Shown in pieces: positions 11,774 through 23,603 of a stretch of 64,000 nt of DNA (position 1 is its first letter; each line of letters begins with the position of its first letter). Made by a program: the position numbers and the translations under genes. The DNA comes from Hypanus sabinus. Its lineage: Eukaryota. The DNA lies in assembly GCF_030144855.1 (NCBI RefSeq), contig NW_026781548.1, forward strand, positions 1-64,000. Reading direction: 5' to 3'. A model generated the notes under the pieces. The model saw only the letters and a list, made by a program, of their open reading frames with translations. It was not told where the DNA came from and did not search any database.

Positions 11774-12122
11774 CTGGTAATAGAACGCGGGAAGAAGAAG
11801 TTATTCAATAAAGATCACCGGACGCAGAGATGAGATGGAGTGAAAGTGAAACAGCAAGACGGAAAGCTGAATTAAACGAGAGGAGGGGGGTGGGGAGAGA
11901 GAAAGAGACACACAGCGAGAGAAAAAAAGAGAGAGAAGTAGTGAGAGAGAGGAATAAGAGTGGATGATAGATAGAGACAGCGAGAGAGAAAACTAGAGAA
12001 AAGGAGAGAGAGATGGAGAGAGAGGGGAAGGGAGAGAAGATGAACGGGCATAGAGACCAAGGAGAAGGAAAGAAAATGAAACGAAAAGTTGCTGTGAAAA
12101 TGCGAGAAGGACAAAAGGAGAC

Positions 12123-12168
12123 CAAGGGAAAGAGATGGAGACAACTACAGTGAGCGCACGTGAGACAT
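12123..12168 (-). pseudogene. Candidate leader exon of V4
   Basis: 46 nt, phase 1: MSHVRSL*LSPSLSL+G|GT; contains a TAG and has a weak donor; follows the pyrimidine-rich intron in the expected position. Confidence 0.4.
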
Positions 12169-12871
12169 GAATCTGGTGGTTCAGAACATGTGGTCCTGTG
12201 TGATGCGGTGACTGGGTGGCTGAACGGGAGACAGTTGGACCGAAGGGTCTGTTTCAGTAATGCGCTAGCAGACGACGCTGCCGTCTAAACCTCTCAATCA
12301 ATAAACTTGTGGGCCGAGAGATCATCGTCTGTAATACATAATCTACAACTCAGCTGTTTGCAATTCACGAACAACTCGGGAAAACGCACTTTGGACCACC
12401 ATATACGAAATTAATCAGTCTTGCTGCTGAACGTAATCGGTATCTCCCTGCTTATATTCTCCTCCGAGCCTCCCAAAACGGTACGATGGCTAAATTTGTG
12501 ACATTGAATTTAGATCGTCGTGTCCAGGACTGAGAGGATAGCTACTGTTTTCCTGCTGAACTTGGACTGGGGCCCAGCCTCTCGACTGACATCCGAATCT
12601 GCAAATGTATTGATCCCGACACCATTCAAACTCAAAGCTTCCAGTCTCGCTGCTCAGTGACGTATGGTTGAGGGGCGGAGCTTCGTCCGTTCACAGTGAC
12701 AAGTTCATTCCGAACGCCCTTCCGCTTTGAATAAACTGCCTAAGTTGAAAGATGTTCGCGTTATTCGAGCTGCTGATCTGGCTTCACGGTAAAGGACAGC
12801 TTGAATTTGTGAGTAGTTTAAGGAAGCAGTTCTGAACTTCCCTTTCTGTGCTATGTTTACTCTTGCACTAT

Positions 12872-12914
12872 ATGTTTCCCCATCGTTCTCTATCATGGTC
12901 TTTGCTCACTTTTT
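12872..12914 (+). CDS. Candidate leader exon of V5
   Basis: ATG TTT CCC CAT... MFPHRSLSWSLLTF; the only phase-1 GT is a weak T|GTATCG at 12915; downstream ...ATCGCTGAGCTG looks like a G|GTGAG donor that has lost 3 nt. Confidence 0.5.
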
Positions 12915-13127
12915 GTATCGCTGAGCTGTTTTGTTAATTATCATAGTCCATCCAATTATATTTATTTTATACTATTTTCTCACTCTCTCTATAACTTCCC
13001 CGTCTCTTTCTCTTTTTCCCCATATGCCTCTGCTTCCCGCATTTCTCCTTCTCCCTCTCTGCTCCCTTTCTCCATGATCAGAGAGTACCTGCCTACTGAC
13101 GTCATACTCCGCTCCTCTCTTCCCCAG

Positions 13128-13423
13128 CCGCGAACTCGCAAACTATCCGGCAGTCTCCTCCGGCTTTTTCCGGATATCCGCGGAATCCGATGGCGCTGTC
13201 CTGCAACGTGGAGGGCAGCAGCACTTATAACGTGTACTGGTACCGCCAGTACCCGGGGCAGGGACCGCAGTTCATGTTCAAAAACAAGGGTGCTATCATT
13301 AAGAAACCAGACGAGAAAGCCGATGGATTTACCCTGCAGACGCTTAAAAAGAACGAGTACAACCTGATGACCAATAGCCGGCAGGTGAATCACTCGGCCG
13401 TGTATTTCTGCGCCTGGAGTCTA
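13128..13423 (+). CDS. TRBV: TCR beta-like V segment V5, V exon, inverted relative to V1-V4
   Basis: ccccag|CC GCG...: ANSQTIRQSPPAFSGYPRNPMALSCNVEGSSTYNVYWYRQYPGQGPQFMFKNKGAIIKKPDEKADGFTLQTLKKNEYNLMTNSRQVNHSAVYFCAWSL; the YFCAWS ending is V-beta-like. Confidence 0.93.
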
Positions 13424-13462
13424 CACAGTGACGCGTCGAGAGGGGAGAGCTCGACAAAAACC
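13424..13462 (+). other. Perfect RSS-23 of V5
   Basis: CACAGTG + 23 nt + ACAAAAACC. Confidence 0.98.
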
Positions 13463-14875
13463 CCAGGCTGCCTGTAAAAGGCGTGACTGAGCAAGCACAC
13501 TTGGCCGTGTGGTCGCGTCTTGTCTACCTTTGCATTTGACAGAGGAAACGCGGTGTAGACTGGAAGCTGAAGGGGATTTGTAACAACGGTGAGAGAGCAG
13601 ATGGCCAAGCTTCTGGCAAGATGCCAGCTCTTACATCAGCACTGTGACGTCATGCACCCCCAGCGCTCTCCTACAAGCCCCGGACGGACAACGATTTACG
13701 TGAATATGATGTGCAAATGAAGCAGTGGAATTTCATTAAACAGACGCTCCTTTCATTCTTCCCTGACTCGACGCTTCCGTTCCCTGCTCTTTTCCGGAAG
13801 GGACGCTCTTCCTGCTTTTCGGAAGTCCTGCAATTAATGGAACTATTATTGGTAAACCGGATTTATTTTTGTTTTTGCTTGTGATCGCATTTACAATAAA
13901 AATTACCCCTGCGGATTTCGCCGTCCATAGTTTGATGTCAGGATTATTTTAACTCACAGGGGACGTTACTGCGTCCGGTTACCATCGTCGCTGAGAAAGG
14001 AGAAACGCCCTCCCCTTCCTTGTCGAGGGCACTGAGCGTAAGGTGTAAGATGTTGTGCTGAACTGAAGGTGCATTGGACCTGAATCGGAATATATTGCAC
14101 ATAGCGTGGACAGGAAACATGTGCGACGATAGGAAGATAGGAGGAAATATTACAGGATAGGATAGGATAGAAGAGGCTGACGACATATGGGTTTATAAAG
14201 TTGTAAGGGTCGAAGTAAGTATTTTATTTCCCCGAGATAGTGGTTCGATAACTACAGCGGCCATATTTGAGCTCAGTGGGAAAAACACTGACGGATAGGG
14301 ACCGGAATTGGATGTGAAAGGCAAGTTGATGAATGGGATGAGGAGCAGGGCTGTAAGTGGGGGAGTGGAGAGAAGGGATAGAAGCAAGAAGAAAATAAGA
14401 TGAAGGAAGCGCGAGATTGTGAATGAACAGATCAGTGGCGTGTGGGGGAGAAGAGGCTCAAGAGTGGCGGGAGAGGGACATCAGGTACATCAGGTGACGC
14501 TGCTGTTCGAAAGAAGTTTCAACGTTTTCCCACTCTGCTCCGCTTTCTTTCCGCAGTCCACTGAATTTATGGTTAGTAGGCTAATTGCCAGTTGCAAAAT
14601 GCGCCGTTATTACACGGGGATTAAATCTGAGGTGGGTGGGTGGAGCGTCACGAAGGACTGTATTTAAAAAGAAAGAAAGCAAGCAGTTAAGAAAATCAGG
14701 AAATAGACAAAGAAAGTAATCGATCAAAAAGCAGATAGATAAATAGATAGACAAGCACAAAAATAAGCAGAACTATCTTCGAAACGTTAGTAAGCTGAAC
14801 AGCCGTCAGCTCAGAAAACCACAGGCAGCCCAATTAAACCTGATGATGAATCAACTCCAGTGTATCATTGTGCAA

Positions 14876-14891
14876 CAGCGCCCCCTGCACC
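14876..14891 (-). promoter_or_regulatory. Candidate CTCF-binding element
   Basis: Minus strand GGTGCAGGGGGCGCTG, 1.4 kb beyond the V5 RSS. Confidence 0.5.
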
Positions 14892-16109
14892 CCTGCAGCT
14901 GCAACCCCAAAATTAGCGTTTGGCCAGAGAGGATCACGCTTACGTCCAAATAATCCACTGAACCCGCGTGATTTTGGAATATCCGGAGGAAGCCCAACAA
15001 GGTCACAAGGGGAACATACAAAAATCCGCATGAACGTGCGGATCTCGAGGCACAATTAGGAAATCTGGGAGGATAAATGAAAAGTAAGTGGCAACAGAAC
15101 TTCTTCCTAGGCTCATGTCTGTTTCAGTATGTCTTCAAGGTCATTGGTCTTAGTGCCTCCACCACCACCCCAGGAGGTGAACCCCATGCTCCCACTACTC
15201 TCTATGTAGAGGCCGTGCTCTGTGGAGTTACTTTGAAATTAATGCCCGAAGAACCTCCGTCACTTTGTGTCTGTCTCAGAGTTAATGGTTTTATGTGTGT
15301 CGTCTGAAAGATTACTAGTCTACTAAGCCGCATGCATCCGAGTCAGTGAAGTGTATCACAAACCCCGGAAAAAAGAACAAAAAGTCACCGTCGAACATTA
15401 ACTAAAGATGCGCGTCGGCGTTTCGGAGAGGTTCCGTACCAATCAGTATCTCAGGAGAAATACTCCAGTGCAAGATGATATTCCTGACGGAGCAGTGGGT
15501 AAAAGCGCTGATGTACCCAGACCAACTGAAGGTATTAATGCTGGAGCCCTACTTCTAAGCGCATCTCACATTTCGTCCCGAACTCAATAAATACATTGAC
15601 ATGCTTTGCTTTACCTCAGCAATCACCTTCCCACCTACCCACTGTACTGAATCCAAATGGACAGATTGGACCATTGCTGCCCAGAGTGTCTAAGAATGTA
15701 TTTTATTTACCATAAGGCATTGCGATGACAGTTGCTGCTGGAACTGGACGAACGGCGATTGGGCGACCCACACAAAATGCTGTTGGAGCACAGCAGGCCA
15801 GACAGCATTAATGAGGAGAAGCGCTGTCACTGCCACTGGGCGGGTGGTTTGGCGAGTGCGAGTTACTGAATTATTCTCAAGGTGACAGACGGATTCCCAA
15901 GGAGCCCGGATCAAATGGATCCGGTCCACGGTACCCAGTATTCCCGAACAGGTCAAAGGCTGGGGCTCTTGGAAACAAAAAATCTCGGTAGAATAAACAG
16001 AAGGAGCGATACCGGCCTTACCTGAGCAGGTGCTCGGGCCGCACGGAATACCGGCTGGGCACAAGGGTCGTATTGCGATTGTGATGTTAAAGTTTCTCAT
16101 GCAGATAAT

Positions 16110-16453
16110 ACTAGAATACGTACACAACGCTGGAAGAACTGAACAGGTCAGACAGCATCCGTGAGAAAGGAGCAGCCAACCTTTCGGGCCGAGACCATTC
16201 ATCAGGAATGGGAGGTGGGGAGAGAGGACCGAAGCCCAGTAATAGAGATAGTGGAGGGGTTAGTGGACGGTGGAAAACCAACCAGAGGAAAAATAAATGC
16301 GGGAAGGGTGGGGATAAGCATGAAAGAACTGCGGAGACGATGAAGCAGAAATTTGAAAGTGGAGAGAGACACAGAGGGACCTGGGATACGTGAAGGGGTC
16401 GGGGTAGAGAATTACCGGAAATTGGAGAATTCAGTGTTCATACCACCAGGCTG
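16110..16453 (-). mobile_element. Penelope-like element 3' fragment with degenerate hammerhead core
   Basis: Minus strand encodes QPGGMNTEFSNF (C-terminus of the PLE GIY-YIG ORF), then CTGATGA-atggtctcggccc-GAAA (16181-16205) and the typical tail ending CTGACCTGTTCAGTTCTTCCAGC. Confidence 0.7.
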
Positions 16454-16628
16454 AGTCAACAACTCTTAGAGAGTCAACTGGAAGGAACACAGTGGAGTCA
16501 GATTCGGAACACGTCCCTGATTGTGTATCTTGGGGAGGGCGGAAGCTGATCGGGTTTGTCCACAGCCTCAGTGCAACTACACATGACACTGACGAAATGG
16601 GATATTTCGTGACGGTATGGGAGACGCG

Positions 16629-17506
16629 TCACCGAGGATTCATGCGGTCCTGACAAAGCCGAGTGAACTTTGTCATCAGACGGAAGGGCGATTTCACCGT
16701 CTCCTTCAGCTGCACCCTGAACCTGGCCTGGACCACGGCGTAAAGGGCCGTGTTGGTGCAGGAGCTCAGCATTTGCAGCATGTAGCCCAGCTCCCGCAGA
16801 GAAGCCATAAGGAATACACAGTCAGCAGCGCCCACAGGACGATGAAATTCCCCGACATCGCCAGCAGTAACAAAAGGGATTGCCTGCGGTTCTTCATCTC
16901 CGGGTCGGCGGGCGTCTCGCCATCGCGCGAACCACGGAGTCTCCTCCGGGCTTGGCTGGCCACGAAGACGTGCCTGATGGTTAAACAGTTTAAAAGGAGA
17001 ATCAAGATAAAGGGTGATATTGGGGTGAGGAGGAAATGAATCAGTAGAATTGTTGCCTCCTGAGGCATGGAAAAATGAAATGAAAGCATACAGAGCAAGG
17101 ACGAAGTCATTAGCGAATATGACCCATCGAGCAAAAAGTACCAGAAAACGTTCTTTAGGCAACTCAGAAGAGTCACTGTCCCCAGAACCAGAGCCGCCGC
17201 TCTCCCGGTGTTGTACTTCCGTTTCAACTTCGGAGAACAAATGGAGACAAATCGATCAAAGGTGAAAGTGACGGTAAACCAGACAGAACAGTCCGTGGCG
17301 GCGTAAAACACAACGGCGTGGATTTTGCACACGGACCGACCAGACGTAAACCTGTACTGGAATGTAAGTCCCCGGAATCTTGCTCAACACTAGATCGAGG
17401 AGAACGACCAGCTGATCCGCTGCTACCATGGCAACCAGGTACCTTGTGACGCCTTTGGAGAGACCGCACTTTCCCCGCGACAGGATGACGATTGTCATCA
17501 CGTTAA
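16629..17506 (-). pseudogene. GPR139/GPR142-like GPCR unit A, exon 2 (two frameshifts, ECL3 deletion)
   Basis: cacag|TT AAC GTG: VNVMTIVILSRGKCGLSKGVTRYLVAMVAADQLVV.../CKIHAVVFYAATDCSVWFTVTFTFDRFVSIC...NFIVLWALLTVY/RELGYMLQMLSSCTNTALYAVV...NPR*, spread over three reading frames. Confidence 0.92.
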
Positions 17507-17689
17507 CTGTGCGGAGGGAAGTAATGACCATTTAACACACCTTTGGATGGAAACATTCTCAATTTTCCATTCTTTACACCGTTAGCTCTTTGAAACAGAG
17601 ATGGGGAGCAATTTCGAAAGAATGAGGCTGGTGAATGTGTGGACTTCATCGGCACGGACGCCTTTGGTGGCCAGTACATTGGGACGATT

Positions 17690-17930
17690 TGTAGCGGATA
17701 TTTATTCGTCAGGGCCTCAATAGATACGGGAGAATACCCGCCTCCCCCACTGATGCCGGCAGCCGATTCCACGCACCAATCACACTCTGTGTAAAATACC
17801 TTTCCGACACTCCTCTGTATTTAATTGCAGATATTAAAATTGTGTACTCTCGTGCCAGCAGTTTCAGCCCTGGAAAAATGCCTCTGACTATCCACACGAT
17901 TAATGCCTCTCGTCATCTGATACACCAATA
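17690..17930 (-). mobile_element. CR1 3' fragment in the unit A intron
   Basis: IKYRGVSERYFTQSVIGAWNRLPASVGEAG, CR1 RT C-terminus-like. Confidence 0.7.
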
Positions 17931-18268
17931 TCCTAAGTCGCTCCAATGACAAAAACATTGATTTCAGTCAACCTATTCTCATTCCCAATCCCGGCAACAA
18001 ATACAAGAGACAAATACATCATCCCACTCAGAACGGCTTTATATGACCCCATTCAGAAAACCATTATATCATCCCACCGACCCGTGTTCAAACTGTGGGT
18101 ATGCAACAGTATTCTGTAAGCAAACAATTTCTATCAACAAAGTTTGCGGAAGTGATACCGCTTTGAGAGAGCAACTATGCAATTAGCGTGTCGTTAGAGG
18201 AGTGTTTTGAAAGAGAAGCTGACTTATATTTTTCAACGTTCATCAAGAGGAAGAGACGAGGAGCTTAC

Positions 18269-18449
18269 CAGGAACAGCGACAATGGCGAGTAGAGGGTAG
18301 TAAATCACTCGGAAGGTCCAAAGAGCATATTCGATTTTAGAATCCAACGTCAACCCTTCATAATTTTCAAGAAGATATTGAAACGCCTCGAAAATATTCT
18401 TCCCGATTCCCGCATCATTCTGTGATGCATTTTGCAGATTATGATCCAT
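18269..18449 (-). pseudogene. GPCR unit A, exon 1
   Basis: MDHNLQNASQNDAGIGKNIFEAFQYLLENYEGLTLDSKIEYALWTFRVIYYPLLAIVAVP + G|GTAAG; 181 nt, phase 1 after TM1, as in GPR139/142. Confidence 0.9.
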
Positions 18450-19019
18450 TGCTGGGATAACCCAGATTCCCGTTCCCGATTCAGCCTCTGACATCTCTCT
18501 ATCTGGAGCTCGTTGCTCTCGGATAGCGTAGACTGGCTGCTCTCACTGAATCTGCCGCAGTGAGGGAGACATATTAATAGACCAGGAAACCAGCAGCCAC
18601 ACCTCCGCGGTGACGTCGTCAATCCCCACGGACACTCTCTTCATTAAGTTCTACTGAATGACAGGTACAGTTAACCCTTTATTGGCAGATTTCAGAGAAG
18701 CAATGCAAATGCAGCTAGTAAGTGTATCTGATAATCCCAGCAGTCCGCTGTCCACGGATGCGTGTCGTATTTTTAAGAGGACACAAAACTGAGAATATAA
18801 TTGAAATTCAGATGCCGGTAGCTGTAGGCAATCGTGAGTCACTGATAACGCGGCATGCGCGTTTGTAGCATTGAAAGCTCAGAGCTCAAATCAGGCGATG
18901 TGTTGTGGGAGTATGGGGGAGGTCTAAAGCACTCTCTGGAGATGGGGGAATCATTAATAAGGGGAGCAGCAGGAGGGTCTTTGGGCAAGACCGTCCAGGA
19001 TATATTTGATCGCGCTAAG

Positions 19020-20340
19020 AACTCTTAAGAGGAAGGGTGAACAGCCAGACGTCGTGAAGCATGTACGTACCAATGAAACGGGTAGTACCAGGGACCTTCT
19101 CTTCTTTATATCTGCTCAGATGGGATACCGGAGATGCCAGGCAGGATAGCTGAATGCTCTTTTGCGGGATGCGGGAAGGCATAGAGACCTCCAGTGTCCC
19201 TGACAATTACAGCTGAGAGAGGTGCGGTCAGCTGCAGCTTCTGAAAATCGGCGGCCAGGAGTTGGAGCTGGAAGTGGACGAACTCCAGATCATTCGGAAG
19301 GTTGAAGTACGGACAGACAGGACATTTAGATAGGCAGTGAAACCCAATGTGCAGGACACAGGAGACAGGATGACAGTCAGGAAGGAGAAACGTCTGAACG
19401 AGTGTCAGTACTTCTAATTGAACCTTCCGTTTTTTTTAATGTGTGTGTTCCTCCAAGCCGCCAGACTGTGGCTTTGTATTGCCACTTGCTCATGTTTGTT
19501 TTCATGCCCCATGTGCTTCTGTCCCCGATCCCACTATACCCCGGACACTGTATTACTGAGTACTCCGTCTCTCGTCTGTTTCACATTATGATCTGTTTTG
19601 CTGCAACTTCTGTCTCATTGTGTTCCACCTATCATCTGCCTCTCTGTTAATTTCTCAGTGTACATCAAGATTGTGTTCTCACCTGTTGATTGCCAGATTG
19701 TGCCAGTGAATTTTCCTGAGCCTTTCCAGCATTATTATTTCTGCTCTGTCTGTCTGAATATCGACTCGGCCATTTTCTGGGTTCGGGATTTCTCTGCCTG
19801 GTTTTGATCTCTGCCTGAACTCTGACGCCGGCTTTGTTTGCACGTCGGGATTTGTTACTCAATAAATATCACAGTGTGAACAGTGCAGGGTCTGCGATTG
19901 GATCCCTGATCCAGCGCCCTCACAGAGTTCAGTCACAGTGCTTGGGTCTCTATCACTCAGTTTGCCGCTGTGACTAAGCAGGGAAGTGGGCGGTGTGTGT
20001 GTGGGGTACCGGCCGGCACTCTGTGGTGATAGGATATTCGTTAGTTAGTGGTGCAGACAGGAGGTTCTGTCGGCAACAACCTCGTAGATATCTCGGCCCA
20101 GTCTACAGCATTCTTAAGTGGGAGGGTGAACAGCTGGATGTCGTGGTCTCTGTAGGTGCCAATGACATGAGTGACGACGTTCCTAGCAAGAATTTCAAGG
20201 TGTTAAGAGCACAGTTAAAGGGGAGGGCCGGCAGGTTTGTGATCTCTGGATTGCGAACCGTGCCACGTGCTTGTCAGGCCGGAACTAGGGAGGGTTTACT
20301 GATAAATAGGTTGAAAAAGAGTGTTTTTTTTATATCCCAG
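19020..20340 (+). mobile_element. CR1 ORF1 remnant (zinc-finger and SGNH esterase) upstream of unit A
   Basis: ...ETSSVPDNY...QLQLLK...ELELEVDELQIIR and VVIGYSLVSGADRRFC...LKWEGEQLDVVVSVGANDM...FVISGL; interrupted by a solo LTR. Confidence 0.8.
19403..19924 (+). mobile_element. Probable solo LTR (522 bp)
   Basis: TGTCA...TCACA termini, AATAAA at 19861; absent from the paralogous CR1-ORF1 remnants at ~40.2 kb and ~62.9 kb. Confidence 0.65.
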
Positions 20341-20399
20341 TCTTCTGCAGATGGATGCTGACATTGCATTTGTAATCCTCACCTTTCTGGATATTTTCC

Positions 20400-20750
20400 C
20401 GTTGGAAATCCTTCCATGGGGCTCAGTACGTCTGCTGCCTTCAATTTTCTCCCCGTTGTTAAATTAGTCCACGTCTTTATTTCTTAAGCCCAAGAGTAAG
20501 ATTGGGCATTTCGCTACATTATATTCCTTCTGCAAATTATTTGCCTAATATTCAAGTCTGTCCAATTCCATCTGAAAGCACCCTGCTTCCTCAGCTCTCC
20601 CTGCCCTTCCATCTATCTTTGCAGGATCTGTAAATCCTGTCACAAAACAGTTAATCCCTTCAAACAATTCATCGAAGCACAACGGGAAAAGAAGCGCTCC
20701 CAACACCGAGTGCTAGGGAATTCCACTGATCACCGCCCTCCAATCAGAAA
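20400..20750 (-). mobile_element. CR1 RT remnant (paralogous to ~41050-41350 and ~63640-64000)
   Basis: Reverse complement reads SDWRAVISGIP..SVLGALLF, a decayed CR1 RT motif; same position relative to GPCR exon 1 in units A, C and D. Confidence 0.6.
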
Positions 20751-21459
20751 ACAACCTCCGCAGTAATGTTTATGGACATCTCCAGAGGGCCACATTATCA
20801 AACACCACCGGGATAGTCTGAAAGTTCCGAGCTGCTGTTCCTACTCTTACCGGTTGAACGCCAAATTGGGTGCGGTCTTTCATCGATTCTGCCAAGGTTA
20901 TAATTCTAATAACAACATTGAACATCCTAGCAAGAAAATAGACCTCGTAATAAAAAGACCCTCGCCACGGAAAGCTCTCCCGAAATCTAACATACCAATT
21001 CGATAGCAAGCAATCTTCGACAATAAAGCTGCCAATAATATTTTTTCCCATCTTTCTTGCTTCGTAGGGTTTTTTTATAACGAAATTTTCATCTTTAAGG
21101 TAATTTCTTTTTGCCTATCTGAAGATGTTATTCGCATGTCTCGTTTTTTACAGGTGTTTTGCTTTTGCCTGATTCATTTACCTGCAGAACGTACTGAAGC
21201 CCTTCTGCTAATCACATACTGGTTTGACGACTGACGAGCACAGCCTAGTAGACTCCTGACTCCTGCCCCAGACTCCAGTCTATTCTTCTCACGAGAGAAC
21301 ACACTGCCACGATTTCTCTCGACCACGTGATCTTCCCACTGTGCTGCATTCTCTCCCCTTGTTACATCAATGTCCAATCTATCAACATGGTCATCGGTGA
21401 ATTCCGAACTCTCCAGCTCTGTCAATCCGATCACTGATCATGCGGTCTCGTATAAGTCA

Positions 21460-22130
21460 AATTAATTTTATTATCAAACTGTTATGTTACTAAATGCTGC
21501 CTTGAGGTTACTTTACTTACTGGCATCCAAAGCACAACCGAGCAGAGCAATTGAAACATTGTCGTACTGTGCGACAATGATACTATGCAAATAACAAATG
21601 TGCAGTAGATGACAGACTGTGCAAACACAAAATATACGAATGAGGAACGAATGAATGGCTCGATAGATAGAGAGTTAGACTGATGGACAGACAAAAACTA
21701 ACACTCAGAACATGAGTTGTAGAGTTCTCGAATGCGAGTCAATAGCTTGTGGAAGCATGTCAGAATTGAAGTTAATTAGGTTATTCATGAGCCCGGAGGT
21801 TGTAGGGTAACAACTGTGTGCAAAGCTGTTATGTGGGAAATGCTGCTCCCTTCCCTCCTTCCCGATGACCGCAGCGAGAAGAACGCATGTCCTGGATAGG
21901 GGAGGTCCTGGATAATCGATGCTGCATTTTTCAGGTTATGCTCTTTGAAGATGTGCTCAGTGGTGGGAAGGCTTTTACTGTGATGGACTGGGCCCGAGGA
22001 TTTTCTGTTCCTGTGCACAGGTTTACCGATAATAGGGCGTGACGTAATCAATCGTCGACCTTCTTGACAGTGCATGGATAGAGGTTTGTGAATGTTTTAC
22101 AGGCCATGAAAAGGTGTTGTCAGACAGTAA
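21460..22130 (-). mobile_element. Rex1/Babar- or L2-like LINE 3' fragment
   Basis: SLPTTEHIFKEHNLKNAASIIQDLPYPGHAFFSLRSSGRR, typical RT C-terminal extension of these LINEs. Confidence 0.55.
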
Positions 22131-22681
22131 AGGTGTTGTCTTTCCTTCTTCCTAATGACTTCTGCGATTGAGGACTCTCCGCCATTCCATCACAGCTGAA
22201 CTAGCATCCCTTCAAACACATTCTGGGGCCCATTCTCCTCATCCATTGATGTCCCGACAACTCAAGGGCATATCAATCTCTGCTGCAAAATGCTGGCAAC
22301 GAATTGTTTCCCATTGCCGTCTGTGGCGCGAAATTCCACATATTCACCAGCCTCGGTCTAAAAAAATTCCCATCCATCTCTGTCCTAAAGTGATGTTTTG
22401 CTGTTGTAAATATTCACCCTCCGGGTGTAGACTCCACAACTACAGAAACTCTCCTCTCGGCCTTTCAATATTCAATATATTTCAATAAGATTCCACTCAT
22501 TATTCGGAACTACAGTATAATCACTACCCATTTAATAATGGCGCTGCATAAACTCCGTAGTAGATACACTGATTCAATGCTCACCTCTGCTCTCGGAAAT
22601 GCTATCGATTAAATTGCTTGTCTTCAGAGAATGCTTCTATATCCAAGTGTGTGTTAATGGTCTTTATCTCCATCCCCCCAG

Positions 22682-23603
22682 TGAGCGTGGTGACAATCGT
22701 CATTCTGTCGCGGGGAAAGTGTGGTCTCTCCAAAGGCGTCACAAGGTACCTTGTTGCCATGGTAGCAGCGGATCAGTTGGTCGTTCTTTTTGATCTGTCA
22801 TTGAACAAGGTTCTGATGAGTTACATGCCAGTCGAGGTTTTCCTCAGGTCGAATCGTGTTCGTGTGTGTAATATCCACGCAGTCATGCTCTACGCCGCCA
22901 CGGACTGTTCTGTCTGGTTCACCGTCACTTTCACCTTTGATCGATTTGTCGCCATTTGTTTTCAGAATCTGAAACGAAAATACAGCACCAGGAGAGCTGC
23001 GGCTCTGGTTTTGGGGACAGTGACTCTGCTGAGCTACCTAAAGAACATTTTCTGGTACTTTTTGCTCGTTGGGTCATGTTCGATGTCACGTTGGTTCATG
23101 CTCTGTTTACGTACATTTCGTTTCCTCCCATCTCAGGAGACAAAATTTATATTGATTCATTCCCTCATCATCCCAATGTTCCCCTTTGTCCTGATTCTGC
23201 TGTTGAACAATTTAACCATCAGGCACGTCTCAGTGGCCAGCCGATCCCGGAGGAGACTCCGTGGTTCGCGCGGTGGCGATACGTCCGCGGACCCGGAGAT
23301 GAATAACCGCAGGCAATCTCTCCTGTTACTGCTGCTGATGTCGGGGAATTTCATCCTGCTGTGGGCGCTGCTGACGGTGTATTCCGTATGGGTAGCCTGT
23401 ATTTTTACATTAACGTTCCTCCCTCGGACACTCCTCGGGAACTGGGTTACGTGCTTCAACTCCTGAGCTGCTGTTCCAACACGGCTCTTTACGCCGTGGT
23501 CCAAACCAGGTTTAGGATGCAGTTCAAGGAGAAAGTGAAATCTCCCTTTCGTTTAATGACAAAGTGCGCTCGGCTTTGTCAGGAGAGCATTAATCCTCAG
23601 TGA
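22682..23603 (+). pseudogene. GPCR unit B: inverted orphan exon 2 (single 1-nt deletion before TM7; no exon 1 found)
   Basis: ccccag|TG AGC GTG: VSVVTIVILSRGKCGLSK...DRFVAIC...NFILLWALLTVYSVW / RELGYVLQLLSCCSNTALYAVV...NPQ*; 922 nt versus 923 in the intact unit D. Confidence 0.92.

Noticed and set aside
12692-19940. Isolated heptamers at 12692, 13640 (CACTGTG), 19870 and 19934
   Set aside because: No nonamer at either spacing and no D- or J-like coding sequence (FGxGT) nearby.
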